64,000 nucleotides of DNA from Candidatus Polarisedimenticolaceae bacterium (lineage in GTDB: Bacteria > Acidobacteriota > Polarisedimenticolia > Polarisedimenticolales > DASRJG01): the NCBI GenBank assembly GCA_036275915.1, contig DASUCV010000018.1:291054-355053 (forward strand), in the 5' to 3' direction. A program made the translations under genes and the position numbers. Of this stretch, positions 20,621 to 28,399 are shown in pieces (position 1 is the first letter of the stretch; the number at the start of each line of letters is the position of its first letter). The notes under the pieces were generated by a model. That model did not search any database and had not been told where the DNA came from. It saw nothing but the letters and a program-made list of their open reading frames with translations.

Positions 20621-21190
20621 GGCGTCGCTGCCGTGGAAGAAACGGATCGCAGCGATCGAGACGAGAGGATCGCCGATGAACATTCCGTGAAGATCGGGGG
20701 TGGGAGGGACTTCGACGAGTCGTGCCGCCCCCACGATGAGGACAGGCAGCGCGACGATGAACCCCGCGATCGGCCCGGCGGCGGCGATATCGAAGAGCGC
20801 GCGCCGCGAGGGAATGGGACCGCGAATCCTGATGACCGCACCGAACGTCCCGATCAGGAGCGGCGGTCCGGGGATGAAGAACGGCAGAGTCGCCGGAACC
20901 CGGTAGTAACGGCAGGCGAGGTAGTGACCCATCTCGTGGGCGCCGAGGATGAGGATGAGGAGGAGCGCGTACGGGATACCGTGCGCGAGTCTCGACGGCG
21001 ACAAGAGCTCCGCCCAGGTTCCGGTGACGTTGCTCGTGTCCTCCCACCACCAGCTTCCGGACATGCAGGCGGTGACGAATGTCGCGAGAAGGAGCACGCC
21101 ATGAAGCCAGGCACGCCGGCGGGGCTGCGTCGCTACCGGGAAGTGGGGGATGAACTCGGGCGCCGCGAATCCGGCGATCTCGTCGCTCAA
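20255..21190 (-). CDS. M50 family (site-2 protease-like) membrane metallopeptidase
   Basis: 311 aa from TTG 21190. HExxH in a TM helix (LGAHEMGHYLACRY), several further TM segments and a downstream NLFPVGQLDGGH motif typical of S2P/M50. Confidence 0.8.
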   Translation of the reverse strand: MSDEIAGFAAPEFIPHFPVATQPRRRAWLHGVLLLATFVTACMSGSWWWEDTSNVTGTWAELLSPSRLAHGIPYALLLILILGAHEMGHYLACRYYRVPATLPFFIPGPPLLIGTFGAVIRIRGPIPSRRALFDIAAAGPIAGFIVALPVLIVGAARLVEVPPTPDLHGMFIGDPLVSIAAIRFFHGSDASLQLNSIYGAAWVGMLVTSMNLFPVGQLDGGHAVFAISPRAHAVISWATIAGFAVWVIGQSVWTGMPSPYSLWLGILLILRGRHPRLLDEGEPLGWGRRAVAAFLLAILVLTFMGAPMGIN

Positions 21191-21226
21191 CGGGCGCCTC
21201 TAGGGAAAATCAACGGAACGACGGCC

Positions 21227-21235
21227 AGTATAACA
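21227..21235 (-). promoter_or_regulatory. Candidate extended -10 promoter (TGTTATACT on minus strand) for the M50 peptidase gene
   Basis: The reverse complement of 21227-21235 reads TGTTATACT, 36 nt upstream of TTG 21190. No -35 match. Confidence 0.3.
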
Positions 21236-21284
21236 ACCGCACGGTGTCCGCGGGAAAGGACGGACTGGCCTCCTTGGGGGACGT

Positions 21285-21300
21285 GAGTTCTCGAGAACTC
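21285..21300. promoter_or_regulatory. Perfect 16-bp palindrome GAGTTCTCGAGAACTC in the divergent M50/PEGA intergenic region (candidate operator)
   Basis: Read directly: GAGTTCTC|GAGAACTC is its own reverse complement. It lies 64 nt upstream of ATG 21365. Confidence 0.4.
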
Positions 21301-21364
21301 CCGGTGAATTCGAGGCCCGATCGCGGTATGAATGTTGCTGTGGTATGAGACCGGAGGTTCTCCC

Positions 21365-22465
21365 ATGAGCGCCTCGTTCCGTCACATCGCTCCGATCGCC
21401 CTCTCCGCCGCCCTCGCGATGTCTTCGGCCCTCGCGGGGCCTCGCATCGCCGTGCCGCATGGCGGGGGCGGAGCTCCGCGCAGCTTCGGCCACACGGTCC
21501 CGCACGCGGGAGGCGGAGTCCCGCGCGGCGGTCACGCGGTTCCCCACAGCGGCGGTGGAACTGGGATGGGTCATGCGTCGGCGCAGCGCGGCATGCCTCC
21601 GCCTCACGGCCAGGTGCCGGGTCACGGGACTGCGAACGGGATCGCGCGTTACGGCTATTACCACGGCGGCTACTACCCGTATTACGGCTACGGATACCCG
21701 TACTACGGTTACCCGTACTACGGATACTGGGGCTGGCCTTATTGGGGCTTCGGCTTCTACGGCAGCTGGGGCTACCCGTACTACGGCTACGGTTACTACC
21801 CGCCCAGCGACGCGGGCTACGGGATGGGGGACGCCCATCCGCAAACGCCCGCGGTCATCGAGACGAAAGTCAGTCCCGGCAGCGCCGAAGTCCTCCTGGA
21901 CGGCGAGTCGGTCGGTTTTGCGAAGGACTACAACGGTCACTGGGACGAGCTTCGGGTCTCACCCGGCAAGCACACGGTGAGCTTCCAGAACGGCGGCTAC
22001 AAAACTCTGACCTTCGACATCGACGTCATGCCCGGCGGTCACTATGTGCTCGACAACGACATGAGCGAAGGCTCGGGCGAGGAGCGCCGGACGATCGCCG
22101 CACCTCAGGCGCCTCAACGGCAGGCGGAAGGACCGGATCCCGGGTACGCCCCCAACGGCCAGCCGGGTGGTTACGCCGCCCCGAACGGGCCACCCTCGAG
22201 CGCGCCGCCGACGTTCCAGGAGAGCATGACGGTCGCCGGCGGGCGGATGACGATTCACGCGAAGCCCGACGATGCCGCGGTCTACCTCGACGGCGAGTAT
22301 CTCGGGACGGCGGGAGAGCTCGCGCGCCTGCATGGGGCGATTCCCGTCGCGACGGGGCCGCACCAGCTCCAGATCGTGCGTCCGGGTTTCTCGAGCGACG
22401 CGAGGACGGTGGAAGTCGGCGGCCCCGACGTCACGCGGGTCGACGTCACGCTCGCGAAGCAGTGA
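21365..22465 (+). CDS. Secreted protein: signal peptide + His/Gly repeats + Tyr/Gly/Pro/Trp-rich low-complexity region + two PEGA-like domains
   Basis: 366 aa from ATG 21365 (GGAGG upstream). Signal peptide MSASFRHIAPIALSAALAMSSALA. Three repeats of about 14 aa, VPH-x-GGG. An aromatic stretch RYGYYHGGYYPYYGYGYPYYGYPYYGYWGWPYWGFGFYGSWGYPYYGYGYY. Two PEGA-like beta modules (PGSAEVLLDGESVG...GKHTVSFQNGGY and PDDAAVYLDGEYLG...GPHQLQIVRPGF). Confidence 0.75.
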   Translation: MSASFRHIAPIALSAALAMSSALAGPRIAVPHGGGGAPRSFGHTVPHAGGGVPRGGHAVPHSGGGTGMGHASAQRGMPPPHGQVPGHGTANGIARYGYYHGGYYPYYGYGYPYYGYPYYGYWGWPYWGFGFYGSWGYPYYGYGYYPPSDAGYGMGDAHPQTPAVIETKVSPGSAEVLLDGESVGFAKDYNGHWDELRVSPGKHTVSFQNGGYKTLTFDIDVMPGGHYVLDNDMSEGSGEERRTIAAPQAPQRQAEGPDPGYAPNGQPGGYAAPNGPPSSAPPTFQESMTVAGGRMTIHAKPDDAAVYLDGEYLGTAGELARLHGAIPVATGPHQLQIVRPGFSSDARTVEVGGPDVTRVDVTLAKQ

Positions 22466-22471
22466 CCGCGC

Positions 22472-22741
22472 TCAGCTGAGGTTGCGAAGGTTCTTTCCGG
22501 GCTTGAAGCGGATCGTCTTTCCCGGCGGGATCTTGACCTCGCGCCCGGTGCGCGGGTTGCGGCCGATTCCCTTCTTGCGCGGTTTCACTTGGAACACCCC
22601 GAAGCCGCGGAGCTCGATGCGCTCGCCGCGCTGCATCGCCGTCTTCATCGCCTCGAACACGGCCTCGACCGCTTCGACTGCCTTGACCTTCGTGATCGAA
22701 GCGTCCTCCGAGACCCTGTTGATGATGTCGGCCTTGATCAT
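22472..22741 (-). CDS. HU/IHF family DNA-binding protein
   Basis: 89 aa from the internal ATG 22741. The track ORF to 22945 is an upstream extension. Signature: IELRGFGVFQVKPRKKGIGRNPRTGREVKIPPGKTIRFKPGK. Confidence 0.9.
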   Translation of the reverse strand: MIKADIINRVSEDASITKVKAVEAVEAVFEAMKTAMQRGERIELRGFGVFQVKPRKKGIGRNPRTGREVKIPPGKTIRFKPGKNLRNLS

Positions 22742-22772
22742 CCGCGAACCCCCGGGGCGGGAAAGGCCTCGG

Positions 22773-22801
22773 AGTCTACGGAGCGGGACGGGGCGTGTCA
22801 A
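22773..22801 (-). promoter_or_regulatory. Sigma70-type promoter for the HU/IHF gene (TTGACA-17-TAGACT on minus strand)
   Basis: On the minus strand TTGACA = 22801-22796, then a 17-nt spacer, then TAGACT = 22778-22773. This is 31 nt upstream of ATG 22741. Confidence 0.55.
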
Positions 22802-22908
22802 GGCGACAGCCGTTCTAACCCCTTGCCGATCAATAGTTAACTCGCGGGCTCCTCGAACTCGTGCTACGGTTCGCGCGCCGTTTTGAACCCCGCCGCGAGG
22901 TCGATGCC

Positions 22909-24246
22909 GTGAGCCGTCTTCCCGTCGTCGCGATCGTCGGCGCACCGAACGTCGGTAAGAGCACGATCTTCAACCGGCTGACCGGCCGGCGCGACGCCCT
23001 CGTCACCGATGAGCCCGGCGTGACCCGCGACCGGATCTACGGCACGGCGAAGGGCGGCGGTGTCCCGTTCCGGGTCGTCGACACCGGCGGCCTTCGCTGG
23101 GACGACGTCCCGTTCGGCGCCGAGATCCTCTTGCAGGCCGACGCTGCGCTCGCGGAGGCGGGTCTCGTCCTCTTCGTCGTGGACGCACGTGCGGGAGCGA
23201 CGGCGCTCGACCTCGAGGTCGCGGGCTTCTTGAGACGGAAGGGAGCCAAGACGCTCCTCGTCGCCAATAAGATCGATGGGCCCGCCCAGGACGCCGCCTT
23301 CCACGATCTCCACGCGCTCGGCCTCGGCGAGCCGGTACCGGTCTCCGCGGAGCACGGGCGCGGGTTCGACGAGCTGTGGGACGCGATCGAAGCCCGGCTG
23401 CCCGAGCTCCCCGCGGGTGAGGTGGCCGGCGAGGAAGAGGCGCCGATCAAGATCGCCCTCGTCGGCCGGCCGAACGTCGGGAAATCCTCGCTCTTGAACC
23501 GGCTCGTCGGCGAGGAGCGGATGCTCGTGAGCGACATCCCGGGAACGACGCGCGACGCCGTCGACACGGCGATCCGTCTCGGCGAGCGGCGCTACGTGCT
23601 CGTCGATACGGCCGGCCTCAGACGTAAGGGGCGGGTGCACCAGGTCGCCGAATCGCTGTCGGTCATGCGCGCGCGCCAGGCGATCGAGCGCGCGGACGTG
23701 GTCGTCCTCGTCCTCGACGGGAGCGAGCCGATCGCGGCGCAGGACACGCACATCGCGGGCTACGCGGCGGAAGAGTCGAAGCCCGTCGTCGTGGCGGTCA
23801 ACAAGTGGGACCTGGTCGAGGGACGAGAGGCGAAAGCGAAGGACTGGGAGCGCGAGGTGCGCTCGCGCCTTCGTTTCGTCAAGGAGGTTCCGATCGTCCT
23901 GGTGAGCGCGAAGAGCGGCCAGCGCGTGACGAAGATCCTCGATCGCGTCGACGATGTCTTCGCCTCGGCCAGCAAGCGCGTGCCGACGCCCGAGCTCAAC
24001 CGCTGGCTGCAAGACGAGGCCGCCCGGGAGCGGCGCGCGCCCGCGAAGGGCGGCTCCGTGCGGCTCTTCTACGCGGCGCAGACCGGGATCCGTCCGCCCC
24101 GCTTCGTCCTCTTCTGCAACGAGGCGCGCCGGCTCCACTTCTCCTTGAGACGCCACCTCGAGAACAGTCTGCGGGAGCGCTTCGCCTTCGGCGCGTCGCC
24201 GCTCCGCCTCACGTTCCGCAGCCGGCGCGAGCGCGAGGCCCGATGA
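22909..24246 (+). CDS. der: Ribosome-associated GTPase Der/EngA (tandem GTPase domains + KH-like)
   Basis: Two G domains are present (GAPNVGKSTIFNRL ... DTGG; GRPNVGKSSLLNRL ... DTAG ... NKWD) plus a C-terminal KH-like domain. I place the start at GTG 22909, just before PVVAIVG. GTG 22861 is the in-frame alternative. Confidence 0.9.
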   Translation: MSRLPVVAIVGAPNVGKSTIFNRLTGRRDALVTDEPGVTRDRIYGTAKGGGVPFRVVDTGGLRWDDVPFGAEILLQADAALAEAGLVLFVVDARAGATALDLEVAGFLRRKGAKTLLVANKIDGPAQDAAFHDLHALGLGEPVPVSAEHGRGFDELWDAIEARLPELPAGEVAGEEEAPIKIALVGRPNVGKSSLLNRLVGEERMLVSDIPGTTRDAVDTAIRLGERRYVLVDTAGLRRKGRVHQVAESLSVMRARQAIERADVVVLVLDGSEPIAAQDTHIAGYAAEESKPVVVAVNKWDLVEGREAKAKDWEREVRSRLRFVKEVPIVLVSAKSGQRVTKILDRVDDVFASASKRVPTPELNRWLQDEAARERRAPAKGGSVRLFYAAQTGIRPPRFVLFCNEARRLHFSLRRHLENSLRERFAFGASPLRLTFRSRREREAR

Positions 24247-25100
24247 AGGACCCGCTCTCGCGGTTCCTCCGCCTCCTGTGGCGCGCGCTGCGGCAGTTCA
24301 ACGCCGATCACGGGCCGAACCACGCCGCGGCGGTCGCCTACTTCTCGCTCCTGTCGCTTCCGCCGTTCCTGCTCCTCGCCGGCCGCCTCATCGGCCACCT
24401 GCTGCCGGGCACCGCGGGCACCGATGCGGCGCTCGCCGCCGTCGCGTCGTTCCTGCCCACGGAGATCGTGCCGTCGCTCTCGACCGTCGGGCAGAGCCTG
24501 AGCCACGGGCGCACGCTCCTCGCCATCGCCGTTCCCGTCCTCCTGTGGGTCGCGAGCCATGCGTTCTCGTCGCTCGAGGTCGCGGTGAACGTCGCGTTCG
24601 GGACGACGCCGCTGCGGCGGTTCTGGCTCTCGCGCCTCAAGGCGTTCGCCGGCCTCTCGGGCTGCGTCATCGTGCTCGGAGGAACGGTCGTCGGCGGCCA
24701 TCTCGCGACCTGGCTCGACATCTACTACACCCGCACCGGCGCGCCGCGGTTTCTCTCTCCGACCGCGCGGATCTTCTCGATCGTCGGGCTCCTCTTCGTC
24801 ACGTTCGGAGTCTTCGCGCTCTTCTACAAGACGCTGCCGCGCGGGAAGGTGCATTGGAGAGCGGCCGCGAAGGCCGCGCTGATCGCGGTCGTCCTCTGGG
24901 AGGGCGCGCGCCAGGTCTTCGGCGGGCTCCTCGCGAAATCGCCGACGTTCGGCCTCCTGAGCGGCGCGCTCGCCGGAGTGGTCGCGTTCCTGGCCTGGAT
25001 CTACGTCGCCGTCGTCGTCATCATCTACGGTGCGGAGGTCGCCTCGCTCCTGAACGGCAATCGCGGGCCTCTTCCGAGCCGCGCTGGGAGCGGACTCTGA
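24243..25100 (+). CDS. YihY/BrkB (virulence factor BrkB) family membrane protein
   Basis: 285 aa, with an ATGA overlap with der. AAAVAYFSLLSLPPFLLL, multiple TM helices and a C-terminal IIYGAEV motif are typical of YihY. Confidence 0.85.
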   Translation: MKDPLSRFLRLLWRALRQFNADHGPNHAAAVAYFSLLSLPPFLLLAGRLIGHLLPGTAGTDAALAAVASFLPTEIVPSLSTVGQSLSHGRTLLAIAVPVLLWVASHAFSSLEVAVNVAFGTTPLRRFWLSRLKAFAGLSGCVIVLGGTVVGGHLATWLDIYYTRTGAPRFLSPTARIFSIVGLLFVTFGVFALFYKTLPRGKVHWRAAAKAALIAVVLWEGARQVFGGLLAKSPTFGLLSGALAGVVAFLAWIYVAVVVIIYGAEVASLLNGNRGPLPSRAGSGL

Positions 25101-25106
25101 GCTTTT

Positions 25107-25135
25107 CTTGACCGTGCCGCGCATGGGAACTATGT
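25107..25135 (+). promoter_or_regulatory. Sigma70-type promoter for the MglA-like operon (TTGACC-17-TATGTT)
   Basis: TTGACC 25107-25112, 17-nt spacer, TATGTT 25130-25135, 57 nt upstream of ATG 25193. Confidence 0.55.
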
Positions 25136-25192
25136 TCGCGCCGATCCCCGAGGGCAGATCCTAGACGGGGTGTGGGAAAGGGGTGGTCTTCG

Positions 25193-26617
25193 ATGGTCCT
25201 GTTCAATTACTCGACGCGCGAGCTCACCGCGAAGATCGTCTATTACGGCCCGGGCCTCTGCGGAAAGACCACCAACCTCCAGTTCATCCACGAGAATCTG
25301 CCGGGCGAGGTCCGCGGGAAGATGCTCTCGCTCGCGACGAAGACCGACCGGACGTTGTTCTTCGACTTCCTGCCGATCGATCTCGGCGAGATCCGGGGCA
25401 TGAAGACGAGGGTGCAGCTCTACACCGTCCCCGGACAGGTCTTCTACAACGAGACGCGCAAGCTCGTGCTGAAGGGCGCCGACGGGATCGTCTTCGTCGC
25501 CGACTCGCAAGGGACGATGCTCGGCGCCAACGTCGAGTCGTTCAAGAACCTCGAGGAGAACCTGAAGGCGCACGGCATGAAGCTCGGCGAGATGCCGCAC
25601 GTCATCCAGTTCAACAAGCGCGATCTCGCGAAGCTCACCGGAATCGAAGACTTGAACGCAGCGCTCAACAAGTACAACGCGCCGTTCTACGAGTCGGTCG
25701 CCACGACCGGCATCGGCGTTCAGGACACGCTCAAAGCGATCGTGAAGCTCGTGTTGCTCCATCTCACGCGCAAGTACGATCCGAAGTCGCTGCCTCCGGC
25801 GCACGAGACGCCCTCGGCGGCCGTCGCCATGTCTCAGCCTGCGCCGGTGCCGCAGGCCCCGGCACCTGTCCCCACCCCCGCTCCCGCACCCGTTGCGCGC
25901 GCGGCCGCCCCGGCGAAGCCCGCGGTCCCCGCACCGCGCAAGGCGCCGAAGGCGGCGCCGGCGATCGCGCGCACGCCGCCGCCCGTCGAGACGATGCCCA
26001 AGTTCCAGGAGGCCGAGATCGACGACCTGGTCGGTGAGGTCGGCGAGCACGATGCGCCGCCGATCCCGGAGCCCGCGCCCGTGGCCGCCGCCGCGACGAC
26101 GGCAGCCGAAGACGGCGTCTGGATGGGGGCCCCGGAGGGCGAGGACACCTTCGCCGGTTCGACCGTCTCCCTCGAGGACCTTCTGTCGCACGAGGCGAAG
26201 GCGGCTCCCGAGGCCCCGCCCGCGGCCGATTGGCGTGACAACCCGGCGGCGCGTTCGGGGTTCGAGATCGACCGCGGGTTCGACCCGGAGTGGAAAACCC
26301 CCGCGGCTCCGCAGTCCGCCGCATCGCGCGCGCCGCGCACGCCCGTACCCCCCGCAGCGCCGCCCGCGGCCGACGACGACCGGCCGATCGCTCCGTTCCC
26401 GATTCCCTCGCCGGGGATCGAAGACGAGAGGGACGAGGATGTCGTCCTCACCGAGGTGGCGAGCAACGACGATCTCTTCAACGATCCGACACTCGACGTC
26501 GCGCAGATGGCCGAGGGAGCGATGCGGGAGATCCTGGTTCCCGTGATGCTCGGCGAGGGGCGCCATGCGAAGCGCTTCAAGCTCTCGATCCGCCTGCGGC
26601 TCGAACCGGTCGACTGA
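25193..26617 (+). CDS. MglA-type Ras-like GTPase (N-terminal ~195 aa) fused to a ~280-aa Pro/Ala-rich, acidic C-terminal extension
   Basis: 474 aa from ATG 25193 (GGGAAAGGGG upstream). The G domain is nearly colinear with Myxococcus MglA: FNYSTRELTAKIVYYGPGLCGKTTNLQ, TDRTLFFDFLPIDLGEIRG, LYTVPGQVFY (TxxGQ instead of DxxGQ), IVFVADSQ, QFNKRDL, ATTGIGVQDTLKAIVKLVL. Residues ~196-474 are PAPVP-type low complexity and end in ...REILVPVMLGEGRHAKRFKLSIRLRLEPVD. Confidence 0.85.
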   Translation: MVLFNYSTRELTAKIVYYGPGLCGKTTNLQFIHENLPGEVRGKMLSLATKTDRTLFFDFLPIDLGEIRGMKTRVQLYTVPGQVFYNETRKLVLKGADGIVFVADSQGTMLGANVESFKNLEENLKAHGMKLGEMPHVIQFNKRDLAKLTGIEDLNAALNKYNAPFYESVATTGIGVQDTLKAIVKLVLLHLTRKYDPKSLPPAHETPSAAVAMSQPAPVPQAPAPVPTPAPAPVARAAAPAKPAVPAPRKAPKAAPAIARTPPPVETMPKFQEAEIDDLVGEVGEHDAPPIPEPAPVAAAATTAAEDGVWMGAPEGEDTFAGSTVSLEDLLSHEAKAAPEAPPAADWRDNPAARSGFEIDRGFDPEWKTPAAPQSAASRAPRTPVPPAAPPAADDDRPIAPFPIPSPGIEDERDEDVVLTEVASNDDLFNDPTLDVAQMAEGAMREILVPVMLGEGRHAKRFKLSIRLRLEPVD

Positions 26618-26663
26618 GCGCGCGGAACCGGCGCGCCGCTTGAGACGGCCTTATCCTCGACGT

Positions 26664-27581
26664 ATGGCCTGGAAGCATCGCTCGTCGATCGCCGTCGTCC
26701 TCGCCGCAGGCGCGCTCGCCGCGACCCGCGCCGGGGCCGTCACCGAGCCGCCGCCCGATCCGATCCGCCTCGGCCTCTACGAGTGGATGGCGGTGGCGCC
26801 GATCGTCGTCGCCGCAGACGTTCTCGTCGACGACGGCAAGTACATCCAAGCGATGACCCGCGAGCCGATCAAGGGAGCCGTCCCCGCGCGAACGACCCTC
26901 TACGTCGACCTCAAGCGGGCCAACCGCGATCGCGCGGTCGGAGTCAAGGCTCTCGATCTCGCGCGGGGCCGTGGCTATCTGCTCCTCCTCGAGGCCGCGC
27001 CGCAGAAGGCGTCGGCGCCGAGCCCGCTCTACGATCTCGTGCGCGGAATCTCCGGCGCCCGCGAGATTCCGAAGGAGGCGCCCGGACCGCTGCTCGAGGC
27101 CGCCGCGAAGCTCGCGGACATCCAGGAACGAAAGACCGACAGCTTGCTGTGGTCGTCGGTGCCCGAGTTCCTCGAAGATCCGAATCCGGTCCTCGTCGAT
27201 GCCGCGCTCGAGCTGGTCGTCAAGTTCCGGAAGGAGACTCTCGATCTCCTCCCATCCCTGACACCGCTCCTCGAGTCGCCGCGACCCGACGTCCGTCAGC
27301 GCGCGGTGGTCCTCATCGGGCGCGTTCTCGTGCGCCAGGGGGCGGAGGCCGTGCCCGAGCGCAGCACGATCGTCGCGGAGATCACCGGCCGCGCACGGCG
27401 CGACGACGACGTCGAGGTTCGCCGCGCCGCGACCGCCGCGATCTCGACCCTCGCCGACGCCGGCGTCGACGAAACGCTGAAAACGATCTCGCACGATGAT
27501 CCCGATCAGAACGTCAGGTTCGAGGCCGAGAAGGCGCTCTACGAGCGGAAGCTCTCCGGCCGAGGGGGAGGCACCGATTGA
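26664..27581 (+). CDS. Signal-peptide protein with C-terminal HEAT/ARM-like repeats
   Basis: 305 aa from ATG 26664. Signal peptide MAWKHRSSIAVVLAAGALAATRAGA. Three or more HEAT-like repeats follow (DPNPVLVDAALELV, SPRPDVRQRAVVLIGRVL, DDDVEVRRAATAAISTL, DDPDQNVRFEAEKAL). Confidence 0.65.
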   Translation: MAWKHRSSIAVVLAAGALAATRAGAVTEPPPDPIRLGLYEWMAVAPIVVAADVLVDDGKYIQAMTREPIKGAVPARTTLYVDLKRANRDRAVGVKALDLARGRGYLLLLEAAPQKASAPSPLYDLVRGISGAREIPKEAPGPLLEAAAKLADIQERKTDSLLWSSVPEFLEDPNPVLVDAALELVVKFRKETLDLLPSLTPLLESPRPDVRQRAVVLIGRVLVRQGAEAVPERSTIVAEITGRARRDDDVEVRRAATAAISTLADAGVDETLKTISHDDPDQNVRFEAEKALYERKLSGRGGGTD

Positions 27582-28399
27582 CCACCAAAGAAACCGTGAA
27601 CAAGGTCGAGGACGTGGCACCGGCGGCGAAGGCGAAGGGGATGGCCGCCAACCCGTTCCAGAACTTCATGGTGCGCTACGGTGCCGGGGAGCGGATCTTC
27701 ACCGAAGGTGACCTCGGCACGACGATGTACATCGTGCAGTCGGGTAAGGTCCGTCTGTTCCGCGTCGCGGAAGGGGTCAAGCGCGTCCACGGAACGATGG
27801 AGAAGGGAGACTTCTTCGGGGAGATGTCGATCCTCGAGGGCTTGCCCCGGACGATCTCGGCCGAGTCCGTCGAAGACTCGGAGCTGATCGAGATCAACAG
27901 CATGACCTTCGACAAGATGATCAAGGGGAACATCGAGATCGCGATCCGCATGCTGCGGAAACTCTCGATCCGTCTCCGCGAGTCGGAGCGCCGCATCGAG
28001 ACGCTGCAGGCCGACGGCCGCACCGCGGCGGCGTCGCGACCGGTCGCCCCTGTGGCACCGCGGCCCTCGTCCGCGGCGGGGAGCGGCACGCGTCTCGAGG
28101 TGGAAGGGGAGGGAACGATCTTCCCCGTGGGCACGCAGGAGACGCTTATCGGCCGCTTCGATCCGGTGACCGAGCTCATGCCCGACGTCGACCTCACCCA
28201 GGTCGACCTCAAGCGATCGGTCTCGCGGCGCCATGCGCGGCTCGTGCGCGCGAGCGACGGATTCACGCTGACGGAAGAGGTCGGCGCGCTGAACGGCACC
28301 TTCGTGAACGGCACCAAGCTCGTCACCGGACGGCCGCACCCGCTGCAGGACGGCGACAAGGTCAGCTTCGGGATGGTCAAGCTCGTCTTTCGGGCATGA
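27578..28399 (+). CDS. Cyclic-nucleotide-binding domain / FHA domain fusion protein
   Basis: 273 aa from TTG 27578 (GAGGGGGAG upstream; overlaps the previous stop). The cNMP-binding beta-barrel reads YGAGERIFTEGDLGTTMYIVQSGKVRLF, GDFFGEMSILEGLPRTISAESV. The FHA domain reads LIGRFD...VSRRHARLV...NGTFVNGTKL...LQDGDKVSFG. Confidence 0.85.
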   Translation: MTTKETVNKVEDVAPAAKAKGMAANPFQNFMVRYGAGERIFTEGDLGTTMYIVQSGKVRLFRVAEGVKRVHGTMEKGDFFGEMSILEGLPRTISAESVEDSELIEINSMTFDKMIKGNIEIAIRMLRKLSIRLRESERRIETLQADGRTAAASRPVAPVAPRPSSAAGSGTRLEVEGEGTIFPVGTQETLIGRFDPVTELMPDVDLTQVDLKRSVSRRHARLVRASDGFTLTEEVGALNGTFVNGTKLVTGRPHPLQDGDKVSFGMVKLVFRA

